DNA of 64,000 nt from Candidatus Dormiibacterota bacterium (GTDB lineage: Bacteria > Chloroflexota > Dormibacteria > Dormibacterales > Dormibacteraceae). The translations under genes were made by a program, and so were the position numbers. Under the pieces are notes generated by a model that was not told the DNA's origin, ran no database searches, and saw nothing but the letters and a program-made list of their open reading frames with translations. Below are positions 16,604 through 25,217 of the stretch, piece by piece. Numbering within the stretch: the stretch's first letter is position 1; the number at the start of each line of letters is the position of its first letter. The stretch spans positions 4,472 to 68,471 of the forward strand of contig DASSLL010000067.1 of NCBI GenBank assembly GCA_035689485.1, given 5' to 3'.

Positions 16604-17674
16604 TCAGCCGGCGTACACGTTCCCGTCCGAGCTTTCCTGCACCCGAATCGGAGGCAGCGGCGTCGGCGCCGGTCCGGAAAGCACGGCGGCGCCGTTGTTC
16701 GGGTCGAACACCGCGCCGTGACATGGACAGACGAGCAGGCGCTGCGACGAGTCGTAGTTCACCTGGCAGCCGGCGTGCGTGCAGATGGCGTCGAAGGCGA
16801 ACACGCCGTCGGCGGTGTTGACCGCGACCGCCGGGTCGCCGCTCGTCGGGTCGCGGAAGTTCAGGTAACCCTGGCGCTGCAGGTCCGCCACCGTCCCGAT
16901 CTTCGTGCCGGTGGGAGTCGACGCGGTGGGCGTCGACCCGGCGGTGGGTGTTGTGGCCGGGGTGGTCTGGGGATTGGCCACCGTGCCCGTCGCCCTGATC
17001 CGGGGGAGGACGGAAAGGATCCACACCACGGCCACCGCGCCGCCTCCAAGCTGAAGCAGCAGGCGCCGGCGGTCTGGGTCCGCAGGCCGGTCGATCGCGT
17101 GCGAGGCGCCGAGCAGCAGCGGCCGCGCCGTCAGGATGCCCTGGTCGCCGACCAGCGCGAGCGTGATCCAGGCGACCGTGTAGATGCTGTCGGAACCGAG
17201 GAAGTACGGCTGGATCGTCCAGCTTGCGGTGAGGAAGAAGACGAAGTTCACGACCGCGCCGGCGGCGGCGGCCCAGCGCGTCGCCACACCGGCGACGACC
17301 AGCGCGCCGATGACCAGCTCGATGGCGATGACGGCGATGCCGGTGAGCTGCGGCGTGGCCAGGCCGAAGGCCTGCACCAGAAAGCCGATCGGGGAGTGCG
17401 CGACGTAGGCCTGCAGCTGGTTGCCGATGTAGGTCGACGATCCGGGCTGTAGAAATCCGGGGTCGGCGATCTTCTGCACCCCGGCGTAGACAAAAGTCAC
17501 ACCCAGGAAGAACCGCAGCGGCAGCGTGCCGTAGGCAAGCCACCTATCGGAAGAAGGCCGGGTTGCAGCGGCAGGCGGTGCAGCCGCCGGCGCCCTCGAG
17601 ACGGGCGGCCGATGGCCCTTCTTCTTACTCACTGCCCTGTGTACACACCGCCTCGCGTAATGGTTGCACCGCAA
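16604..17674 (-). CDS. DoxX-family membrane domain fused to Rieske [2Fe-2S] domain
   Basis: The N-terminal half has DoxX-like helices (LRFFLGVTFVYAGVQK). Then DRRRLLLQLGGGAVAV, a Thr/Pro linker, and CTHAGC...CPCHG. Alternative start GTG 17632. Confidence 0.8.
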   Translation of the reverse strand: MRCNHYARRCVHRAVSKKKGHRPPVSRAPAAAPPAAATRPSSDRWLAYGTLPLRFFLGVTFVYAGVQKIADPGFLQPGSSTYIGNQLQAYVAHSPIGFLVQAFGLATPQLTGIAVIAIELVIGALVVAGVATRWAAAAGAVVNFVFFLTASWTIQPYFLGSDSIYTVAWITLALVGDQGILTARPLLLGASHAIDRPADPDRRRLLLQLGGGAVAVVWILSVLPRIRATGTVANPQTTPATTPTAGSTPTASTPTGTKIGTVADLQRQGYLNFRDPTSGDPAVAVNTADGVFAFDAICTHAGCQVNYDSSQRLLVCPCHGAVFDPNNGAAVLSGPAPTPLPPIRVQESSDGNVYAG

Positions 17675-17701
17675 CGTGGCTTGTTTCTATTCGACAGACA
17701 G

Positions 17702-17707
17702 TATGTT
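17702..17707 (+). promoter_or_regulatory. -10-like box 6 nt upstream of the TetR start (leaderless candidate)
   Basis: TATGTT then TAAATC then ATG 17714. No SD. Confidence 0.35.
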
Positions 17708-17713
17708 TAAATC

Positions 17714-18265
17714 ATGGGGATGCCGCGCACGTACCGCCTCGGAGCCCGCCAGGCCGGGGTCGAGCGCACCTCCCAGGTCATCCTGGCCGCCGCCCGGCGC
17801 CTCCTCGCCGCCGCGCCCCCGGCCGAGATCAGCGTCGGCGCGATCGCGCGGGAGGCCGGCGTGTCCCGGCTTACCGTCTACCAGCGATTCGGGTCCCGGT
17901 CAGGGCTGCTCGACGCGATCTCACCCCGGCGATCTCCGGTCGACGACCCGGACCCCGATGCCGACGCCAGGGACGCGCTCCGCCACCACTTCCTGCGCAC
18001 CTGCGAGGCGTGGGCCACGGCTCCGAGCCTGCACCGCAACCTCCCCGCGCGGCGTGACGGCGACGATGGCATGGAGCGCCGCCTCGCCGAAAGGCTGCTG
18101 GCCGCCGACGCCCTCCGCCCCGGCTGCTCCATCCGCGAGGCCGAGGACGTGATCACGGCGCTCAGCTCGTTTGCCGTTTTCGACCGCCTGCACCGGGATG
18201 GCCGCCGCTCCGCCGGCGCGATCGCCGACATCCTGATGCGCCTGGCGGGCGGGATCCTGAAGTAG
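17714..18265 (+). CDS. TetR-family transcriptional regulator
   Basis: HTH: ISVGAIAREAGVSRLTVYQRFGSRSGLL. Confidence 0.85.
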   Translation: MGMPRTYRLGARQAGVERTSQVILAAARRLLAAAPPAEISVGAIAREAGVSRLTVYQRFGSRSGLLDAISPRRSPVDDPDPDADARDALRHHFLRTCEAWATAPSLHRNLPARRDGDDGMERRLAERLLAADALRPGCSIREAEDVITALSSFAVFDRLHRDGRRSAGAIADILMRLAGGILK

Positions 18266-18266
18266 C

Positions 18267-19169
18267 ATGCATGACGCAGTGCGGCATAGAGTCGCCGACC
18301 TGGACGGGCCCGTCCACTACCTCGACTTCGGCGGCTCCGGGACGCCCCTCGTCATGGTCCACGGGCTCGGCGGCAACGCGCTGAACTGGATGGCCGTCGG
18401 CCCGCAGCTGGCCGAAACCCATCGCCCGCTCGCGGTCGACCTGGCCGGCTTTGGCCAGACGCCGCTGTTCGGACGTTCGGCCACGGTCGCGGCGAACGCT
18501 CGCCTGGTTCACGACTTCGTCGAGCAGGTCGCGGGAAGGCCGGCGGTGCTGATGGGCAACTCCATGGGCGGGCACATCGCCATGCTCGAGGCGGCCGACC
18601 ACCCGGAGTCCGTCTCGTCGGTCGTGCTGGTCGATCCTGCCATCCCGGGTCCCCACGTCCGCAGGCCGGAGCCGCGGATGCTCGGCGCGATGGCGGCGCT
18701 GTCGCTGCCCGGCCTCGCCCAGACCCTTCTCGACCGTGAGCTGCGCAGCCTGGGTCCAGAAGGGCTCGTCCGGCGCGCGCTCGAGCTCGTCTGCGCGGAC
18801 CCGTCGCGTGTCGACCCGGAGATCGTGCAGGCGCACATCCAGCTCACCCGCGAGCGGGAGCACCTGGGGCCGCAGAACCTGCGCGCCTTCATCCAGGCCA
18901 GTCGCTCGATCGGCATTCGCATGGCCGACCCTCGCTTCTGGATGCGCGCCGCCGCCGTCAAGGCGCCGGCCCTGATCGTCCACGGCAGCCTCGACAGGCT
19001 GATCCCGGTCGCCGCGGCGCGAGAGCTCCACCGCAGGCGCCCCGAGTGGGAGCTGAAGGTCCTCGAAGGTGTCGGGCACGTACCGATGCTCGAAACGCCG
19101 GACCGCTTCATGGACGCCGTGGATGCGTGGACGGCGCATAGAATCCATTCCGCCGCCGCCGCGTCCTGA
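18267..19169 (+). CDS. alpha/beta hydrolase
   Basis: HGLGGNALNW and GNSMGG nucleophile elbow. Starts 1 nt after the TetR stop. Confidence 0.85.
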   Translation: MHDAVRHRVADLDGPVHYLDFGGSGTPLVMVHGLGGNALNWMAVGPQLAETHRPLAVDLAGFGQTPLFGRSATVAANARLVHDFVEQVAGRPAVLMGNSMGGHIAMLEAADHPESVSSVVLVDPAIPGPHVRRPEPRMLGAMAALSLPGLAQTLLDRELRSLGPEGLVRRALELVCADPSRVDPEIVQAHIQLTREREHLGPQNLRAFIQASRSIGIRMADPRFWMRAAAVKAPALIVHGSLDRLIPVAAARELHRRRPEWELKVLEGVGHVPMLETPDRFMDAVDAWTAHRIHSAAAAS

Positions 19170-19184
19170 TCGAGAAGAGGAATA

Positions 19185-19982
19185 GTGGCCACCGCCTCCG
19201 AACCACCACATAGCAGGCGCCCCGGGAGGCTGCAGGCGACGGCGTCCGTGCTGCCTCACCTCCGGCGCCTGGGGCGATGGGATCCCATCCCGCCGATGTG
19301 GCTGGAGGGACGCTTCTACCTCGAGTTCCTTCGCCTCATCACCGACCCCGTGTTCCGGGGCGACGACGTGCCTCCAGGGCTACGCCGTCCGGTGCTGTTG
19401 ATTCCCGGCTTCCTGGCGGGCGACTGGACGCTGGGCACGCAGCACGACTGGCTGAAGCGCATGGGCTACCGCCCACGCCTCGCCGGCGTCGCCTTCAACG
19501 TCATGTACTCGGAGGTCATGCTGCGGCCGCTGCTCGACACGCTGCTGGCGATGCACCGGAAGACCGGGTCGCGCGTCTCGCTCGTCGGCCACAGCCGCGG
19601 CGGGGTGCTGGCCAAGGTGCTGTCGCACCGCAGGCCCGACCTGGTGGAGCAGGTGATCACCCTCGGCTCGCCGCTCAACGACCCATTCGACGTGCACCCG
19701 CTGACGATGGCGGGCGTGCACGCAGCGCACTTCTTCAACGCCGTCCGTTACCGGCACAACGGCTCGGTCGAGATGCGCTTCCTCCGCGACTTGCGCGCCG
19801 CCCCCCGCGTGCCGACGACGTCGATCTACTCGCGTTCCGACGGCGTCGTCAACTGGAAGGCCTGCCTGCGCCCGGACGTCAACGCCATCGCGGTGCACGG
19901 CAGCCACGTCGGGCTGGCGCTGAACCCCGAGGTGTACCGCATCCTCGCCCACCTCCTCCCCGCACCCTGGCGCCACACATAG
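19185..19982 (+). CDS. alpha/beta hydrolase, lipase-like (paralog B)
   Basis: PGFLAGDWTL, GHSRGG, LGSPLNDPF. Paralog of 15880..16572. Confidence 0.75.
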   Translation: MATASEPPHSRRPGRLQATASVLPHLRRLGRWDPIPPMWLEGRFYLEFLRLITDPVFRGDDVPPGLRRPVLLIPGFLAGDWTLGTQHDWLKRMGYRPRLAGVAFNVMYSEVMLRPLLDTLLAMHRKTGSRVSLVGHSRGGVLAKVLSHRRPDLVEQVITLGSPLNDPFDVHPLTMAGVHAAHFFNAVRYRHNGSVEMRFLRDLRAAPRVPTTSIYSRSDGVVNWKACLRPDVNAIAVHGSHVGLALNPEVYRILAHLLPAPWRHT

Positions 19983-19999
19983 ACCGGTAACATCGGATG

Positions 20000-20092
20000 C
20001 ATCGCGGGAGCTGGGTCACGTGCCCGGCTGAGAGGGTCCTCCGGACCGACCGCCAAAACCTGAACTGGGTAATGCCAGCGGAGGGAAAAGCC
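20000..20092 (+). promoter_or_regulatory. TPP (THI-box) riboswitch
   Basis: GGGAGC...CTGAGA...ACCTGAACTGGGTAATGCCAGCGGAGGGAA matches the conserved TPP aptamer core. GTG 20093 lies 5 nt after the aptamer. Confidence 0.9.
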
Positions 20093-21466
20093 GTGAGCGA
20101 CATCGCCGCCCGTCCTGTCGAGAGCGACGTCTTCGGCAAGGTCGAGACGCACGGCATCGACCCGATCTCCGCCGCCGAGCGGCATGGTCGCCCGCGCGAG
20201 CTCGCGTTTCTCTGGGCCGGCGCCTTCGTCAACTACGCGAGCCTGTTCACCGCGAGTCTGCTCATCACCTATTACGGGCTCGGTGTGTGGGACGGGCTCG
20301 CCGCCACCGCGCTGGGCACCGTCGCCGCCGCCATCGTCCTCGGCCTGCTCAGCAACACGGGGCCCCGCTCCGGCCTGCCGCAAATCGTGTTCACACGCCG
20401 CATCTTCGGCCTGCGGGGCTCGTACCTCGGCGCCGGGCTGACGCTGTTCCTCGCGGTCGGTTGGTTTGCCGTCGACTGCGTCATCGCGGCTCAAGCCGGG
20501 GCGCAGCTGTTCGGCGGCGCCAATCGCGCGCTGACGTTTGCGCTCGTGCTGGTCATCGCCGCGGCCAGCGTCGCGGTCGCGATCTTCGGTCACCAGACGA
20601 TCAAGGTGCTCGAGACATACGGCGCGATCACGTTTGCCGTGCTGTGCGTCGCGCTCTTCCTTTTTCTGGCGCCGCAATTTCACTGGACGCAGCAACCGGC
20701 CGTCTCGGGCGCCGACTACGCCGGCGCATTCGTGCTCGGCTTCATGACCTGCTTCGCCCTTGTGGCGTCGTGGTATCCCTTCGCCAGCGATTACTCACGC
20801 TACCTGCCCGAGTCGAGCCCGACCCGCGCGATCACGTTGTGGCCGGTGGTCGGCATCGCGACGCCGATGATCCTGCTCGGGCTTTTCGGCCTCCTGCTGC
20901 CGACGATCGACATGAAGCTCGCGTCGGGGCAGGGAGTGCTCGCCGTCATCAGCACGCACGCGCCGCCGTGGGTCGCTGTGCCGTTCTTCGTCTTCATCGT
21001 CGTGGGCGAGGTCTGGGCCAACTACCTCGACGTCTACACGGCAGGCCTGGTCACCCTGGCCATGGGCGTGCGTTTGCGCCGGTGGCAGACCGCGCTCGGG
21101 TGTGGCGTCCTCGGCGCCGCCCTCGCCACCTACGCGGTGCTGATCAGCGACTTCCACGTCGCGTATGAGGACTTCCTCATCCTCACCTATCTGTGGGCGC
21201 CCGCCTGGGCGGCGGTCGTGCTCTTGAGCTTCTTCGTCTTCGAGGGCAGGGCACGTCCGACGCTCGCGCTGGTCGCCTGGCTCGCCGGCACCGCGACCAG
21301 CCTGCTGTTCGTCAACTACGCCAACCTCTTCGGCAACGTCTTCACGAGCGCGAGCTTCTTCAACGCCGGGCTCATCAGCTCGCTGCACGGCGCCGACCTG
21401 TCCGGGCTCGTCAGCGTCGCCGTCGCGGCGGCGGTCTACTGGGCCGGCCGTCGGGTCGCAGCGTGA
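20093..21466 (+). CDS. cytX: NCS1-family permease, probable HMP/thiamine-precursor transporter (CytX-like)
   Basis: 12-TM permease with the NCS1 N-terminal pattern ([23 protein letters not shown]). Sits behind a TPP riboswitch and ahead of thiD. Confidence 0.8.
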   Translation: MSDIAARPVESDVFGKVETHGIDPISAAERHGRPRELAFLWAGAFVNYASLFTASLLITYYGLGVWDGLAATALGTVAAAIVLGLLSNTGPRSGLPQIVFTRRIFGLRGSYLGAGLTLFLAVGWFAVDCVIAAQAGAQLFGGANRALTFALVLVIAAASVAVAIFGHQTIKVLETYGAITFAVLCVALFLFLAPQFHWTQQPAVSGADYAGAFVLGFMTCFALVASWYPFASDYSRYLPESSPTRAITLWPVVGIATPMILLGLFGLLLPTIDMKLASGQGVLAVISTHAPPWVAVPFFVFIVVGEVWANYLDVYTAGLVTLAMGVRLRRWQTALGCGVLGAALATYAVLISDFHVAYEDFLILTYLWAPAWAAVVLLSFFVFEGRARPTLALVAWLAGTATSLLFVNYANLFGNVFTSASFFNAGLISSLHGADLSGLVSVAVAAAVYWAGRRVAA

Positions 21467-22245
21467 AGCTTCGTGTGGCGCTGACGGTCGCGGGGTCGGA
21501 CTCCGGCGGCGGCGCCGGCGTCCAGGCCGACCTGAAGACATTCGCCGCGCTCGGCGTCCACGGCACGTCCGCGATCACGGCCATCACGGCGCAGAACACC
21601 GTCGGCGTGAGCGACATCCTCGAGCTGCCCACGTCGTTGATCCGCGCGCAGATCGACGCCGTGGTCATGGACATCGGCGTCCAGGCCGCCAAGACAGGGA
21701 TGCTCGCGAGCGCGGCGATCATCGAGTCCGTGGCCGAGGCGGTCGAGCAGCACCGCATCCGCAACCTGGTCGTCGACCCCGTGATGGTGGCCAAGGGCGG
21801 CGCCAAGCTGCTGCGCGACGATGCGGTCGAAGCGCTGCGCGGGCGGCTCCTTCCGCTGGCGGCGGTGATCACGCCGAACCTGCCCGAGACGCAGGTCCTC
21901 CTGGGCCGCGAGATCCGCACCGTCGATGAGCGACGCGCCGCGGCGCGCGAGCTCGTGAGCCTGGGCGCCAGGGCGGCGGTGGTCAAGGGCGGCCACGCCG
22001 CCGACGTCACCGACGTCTTCTTCGACGGCTCGGAGCTGGTCGAGCTGCCCGCCCGTCGCGTCGACACCGGCAACACGCACGGAAGCGGCTGTGTCTTCTC
22101 CGCAGCGATCACGGCCTGGCTCGCTCGAGGCGCCGACCCGCTGACCGCGGTCCGTCAGGCCAAGGAATTCATCACGGGGGCGATCGCGAATTCGATCGAG
22201 GTGGGTCACGGCCACGGTCCCGTCAATCCGATGTTCGGAAGGTAA
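21463..22245 (+). CDS. thiD: hydroxymethylpyrimidine/phosphomethylpyrimidine kinase
   Basis: [31 protein letters not shown], GTGCxxS-like [15 protein letters not shown] overlap with cytX. Confidence 0.9.
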   Translation: MKLRVALTVAGSDSGGGAGVQADLKTFAALGVHGTSAITAITAQNTVGVSDILELPTSLIRAQIDAVVMDIGVQAAKTGMLASAAIIESVAEAVEQHRIRNLVVDPVMVAKGGAKLLRDDAVEALRGRLLPLAAVITPNLPETQVLLGREIRTVDERRAAARELVSLGARAAVVKGGHAADVTDVFFDGSELVELPARRVDTGNTHGSGCVFSAAITAWLARGADPLTAVRQAKEFITGAIANSIEVGHGHGPVNPMFGR

Positions 22246-22257
22246 GCTTTTCGTCCG

Positions 22258-23115
22258 ATGAGCAAGCGAAAGCGCGGCCCACGGCCCCCGGCGGAAGACC
22301 CGAGCGACGACGACACGGCCAAGGACGACATGGTCCACGTGACCCCCGACCTCCTCGCCGGAGGCCCGGACATCTTCGCCTCGCGGAAGTCCGCAGAACC
22401 GGCCGAGCCCGTCGTCGACCCACCCGCCGAGACCACGGACGCGACTCCCGAACCGCCTCCCGCTCCGTTCGAACCGACCGAGGCGAGCACGACGCCCACG
22501 CCTGAGGAGCCCGCCGCCCCCGCACCGCCGAGCGCGCCACCGCCGCCGCCCTACGTCGCGGCCACCCCGTATCCGGCGCGACCGCGGCGCGGCAGCTCGA
22601 GCGCCGCCCTCGGCGTCGTGCTCGTCGTGCTCGGGATCTTCGCCCTGGCGATCGCGCTGACGGGCTACGACCTCAGCGAGAACGGATGGCCTCTTTTCAT
22701 CCTCATCCCGGGCCTGACGCTGCTGGTCGCCGGCTTCATCAGCTTCGGCTCGGTCGCAACCGTGCCCGGAGGCATCGTGACCATGCTCGGGCTGGTCCTA
22801 TCGGTCACGAACAGCACCGGCCACTGGGCGGTGCTCGCCTACGCGTGGTCGCTGGTCGTGCCTTTCGGCGTCGGTCTCGGCATCTACCTGCAGGCGTTTC
22901 GCGACCGCGACCAGAGAGGGCTGCACACCGGCCGGACTCTGCTCTTCATCGGCTTCATGATCTTCTTGATCGGCTTCGTTCTTTTCGAGTCGATCCTCGG
23001 CATCAGCGGCCGGGACACGTTTGGACCCGTGAGCAAAGCGGCGCTGCCGGTGCTGCTGATCATCGTCGGCGTGATCCTCTTCTACCGCAGCGTGCAGGCG
23101 AGCCGGCGCGCCTAG
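22258..23115 (+). CDS. hypothetical membrane protein with Pro-rich N-terminus
   Basis: About 110 aa of acidic/Pro-rich sequence followed by about six hydrophobic helices. Confidence 0.6.
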   Translation: MSKRKRGPRPPAEDPSDDDTAKDDMVHVTPDLLAGGPDIFASRKSAEPAEPVVDPPAETTDATPEPPPAPFEPTEASTTPTPEEPAAPAPPSAPPPPPYVAATPYPARPRRGSSSAALGVVLVVLGIFALAIALTGYDLSENGWPLFILIPGLTLLVAGFISFGSVATVPGGIVTMLGLVLSVTNSTGHWAVLAYAWSLVVPFGVGLGIYLQAFRDRDQRGLHTGRTLLFIGFMIFLIGFVLFESILGISGRDTFGPVSKAALPVLLIIVGVILFYRSVQASRRA

Positions 23116-24167
23116 AGGGTCACCAGCCGCTTCTCCAGGCCCGCAAGCGTGATCTGGTAGATGGCGCCCTCGCGGTAGGTCCGGAAGCCCATCGTCCGGT
23201 TGATCTTCAGCATGGGCGCGTTCGAGCCCGCATTGTCGGTCGAGATCCACTCGACCTCCCGGTGGCGCTCCCGCAGGTGCAGGAGCATCGCCGCTTTGAT
23301 CCACTTGCCAAGCCCGCGTCCGCGCGCGTCAGCGCGCACGCCGGTGAACCACTGATAGACGATCGTCCGGTGGTGCGGCGCCCACCCGGTGTCCGTGATG
23401 CCGGAGATGACGCCGCTCGGCTCGCGGGTGAGCACGGTGTGCTGGACCGTGCCCAGCACGGCCAGGCGCGCGTAGAACTCGCGCATCTGGTCGGGGGTGA
23501 TGACGATCGTGCCGTGGTCGAGTCCCTCGAAGGGAATCGTGTTCAGCAGGCTCGAGAGCTGAGGTGCGTAATCGGCCCACATGGCCTCCGGCAGCGGTCC
23601 GTCGTAGATCTCCATCCGCGTCTGCGGCGAGCGAGCCTTGCCTTCTTCGACCCAGCGTTCGAGCATCGACCAGTCGACCGCCGAGAGCTTGAGCCGGCTC
23701 TCGATGTTGGTCATCTTCGGCTCTGCGCCGGCCCATCTGGCGAACTCGTGCCCCGGTTCCTCGTCCGCCCACAGGCTGACCGTGGTCGCGCCGCAGGCAC
23801 GCATACGGTCGACGATCACAGGCAGAAAGGAGGTGCCGACGCCCTGACGCCGGTGCTCGGGCAGGACGTAGAAGTCCGCGTCGTACAGGTGCTTGTTGGT
23901 CTCGTACTCCGGTGACCGAGGCGTCACCGTCTTCCCGTCGAGCCAGCCGAGCATCGTCCCGTCGCGCGACACCTCGAAGCGCTCGTGCGCCTCGAATGGG
24001 TCGACCCGCTTCATCAACGTCTCTTCCTCGGCGTCGGGGCTGAGGGGATCGTCGGGCCGCGACGCCTTCTGTCTGGCGCGCCGAAACACGTGGTATCGCG
24101 CCCAGAAATCGCGGCCTGCCGCGGCCGGGTCGACCGAGACCGGCGTCACCTCACCCACCATTGCCAT
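23112..24167 (-). CDS. two-domain GNAT-family acetyltransferase
   Basis: HRRQGVGTSF and ARGRGLGKWIKAAM acetyl-CoA motifs. C-terminus STDNAGSNAPMLKINRTMGF. ATG 24167 preferred over GTG 24188. Confidence 0.75.
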   Translation of the reverse strand: MAMVGEVTPVSVDPAAAGRDFWARYHVFRRARQKASRPDDPLSPDAEEETLMKRVDPFEAHERFEVSRDGTMLGWLDGKTVTPRSPEYETNKHLYDADFYVLPEHRRQGVGTSFLPVIVDRMRACGATTVSLWADEEPGHEFARWAGAEPKMTNIESRLKLSAVDWSMLERWVEEGKARSPQTRMEIYDGPLPEAMWADYAPQLSSLLNTIPFEGLDHGTIVITPDQMREFYARLAVLGTVQHTVLTREPSGVISGITDTGWAPHHRTIVYQWFTGVRADARGRGLGKWIKAAMLLHLRERHREVEWISTDNAGSNAPMLKINRTMGFRTYREGAIYQITLAGLEKRLVTL

Positions 24168-24190
24168 GCCCGATATTCTCGCAGGCACAC

Positions 24191-24955
24191 ATGACGAGGC
24201 CTTTCAAGGTCGGCGTGACCATCCACCCTCAGCAGTGCACGATCCAGGAGTTGCGCGACGCCTGGCGGCGCGCGGACGACCTCGGCGTCGACAGCATCTG
24301 GTTCTGGGACCACTTCTTTCCGCTCTACGGCAACCCGAACGGCAACCAGTTCGAGTGCTGGTCTGTGCTGGCGGCGTGCGCCGTCGACAGCCATGCGCCG
24401 CAAATCGGGCCCATGGTGTCGTGCGCCGGCTACCGCAACCCCGACCTGCTCGCCTACATCGCCGGGACGGTCGACCAGCTGTCGGGCGGCCGCCTGGTGC
24501 TCGGTCTGGGGGCGGGGTGGTTCGCGCGCGACTACGACGAGTACGGCTATGAGTTCGGCGAGACCCGTGACCGCGTCCGCCTGTTCCGCGAGGCGCTGCC
24601 CCGGATCAAGCGCCGCATCGCCCGTCTCAAGCCCGGTCCGGCCGGCAGGCTCCCGATCCTGATCGGCGGTGCCGGCGAGCGGGTGATGCTGCGCCTCGTC
24701 GCCGAGCACGCGCAGATGTGGAACGCGATCGGTACGCCGGACCAGTACGCGCGGAAGTCCGCCGTGCTGGACGAGTGGTGTCAGAAGGTCGGTCGCGACC
24801 CCAAAGAGATCGAGCGCACGGCCAACGTGCCCACGCCGACGGGCAAGGACGTCGAGGCCTGGCTGGGTGCGGGGCTGCAGCACTTCGTCATGCGCATGGC
24901 CCATCCCTTCGGGACGAAGGACGTCGAACGGATGGTCAGGCTGCGGGATTCGTGA
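24191..24955 (+). CDS. LLM-class (luciferase-like) F420-dependent oxidoreductase
   Basis: VDSIWFWDHFFPLYG, GRLVLGLGAGW, LIGGAGERVMLRLVAEHA. Confidence 0.85.
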   Translation: MTRPFKVGVTIHPQQCTIQELRDAWRRADDLGVDSIWFWDHFFPLYGNPNGNQFECWSVLAACAVDSHAPQIGPMVSCAGYRNPDLLAYIAGTVDQLSGGRLVLGLGAGWFARDYDEYGYEFGETRDRVRLFREALPRIKRRIARLKPGPAGRLPILIGGAGERVMLRLVAEHAQMWNAIGTPDQYARKSAVLDEWCQKVGRDPKEIERTANVPTPTGKDVEAWLGAGLQHFVMRMAHPFGTKDVERMVRLRDS

Positions 24956-25049
24956 GCTACAACGCAGCCGGAGCTTATTTGTGAGCCGGCCACTAACACT
25001 TCCTCGGCCCCGGCCATAGCATTCGCCTCACCACACCCTCTTCGCGGCG

Positions 25050-25093
25050 CGAGCCTCCTGGGTCACCCCAGGAGGCTCGTTTATTTATTTCTT
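25050..25093 (+). terminator. intrinsic terminator
   Basis: 13-bp stem CGAGCCTCCTGGG-TCAC-CCCAGGAGGCTCG followed by TTTATTTATTTCTT. Confidence 0.75.
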
Positions 25094-25184
25094 GACGAGG
25101 TGGAGTAGCAGGCCCGATTCATTCGGGCCGTCACCCAGGCGCGCATCGCCAGACGCCGCCAGGCGTGGCTTGTGGAAGGAGGGG

Positions 25185-25217
25185 GCTCGCGGGGGAGGCC
25201 TGCCTCCCCTGCGAAAT
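25185..25217. repeat. repeated GC-hairpin element, copy 1
   Basis: GCTCGCGGGGGAGGCCTGCCTCCCCTGCGAAAT. 28 of 33 nt are identical to 51811..51843. Stem is GGGGAGG/CCTCCCCC-type, 7 nt after the pntB stop. Confidence 0.6.

Noticed and set aside
16920-16990. Thr/Pro-rich and other Pro/Ala-rich nucleotide repeats (also 22330..22600, 38700..38900, 55850..56130) as possible tandem-repeat or CRISPR-like arrays
   Set aside because: They are in-frame low-complexity linkers inside ORFs, not regularly spaced repeats. No CRISPR array is present.
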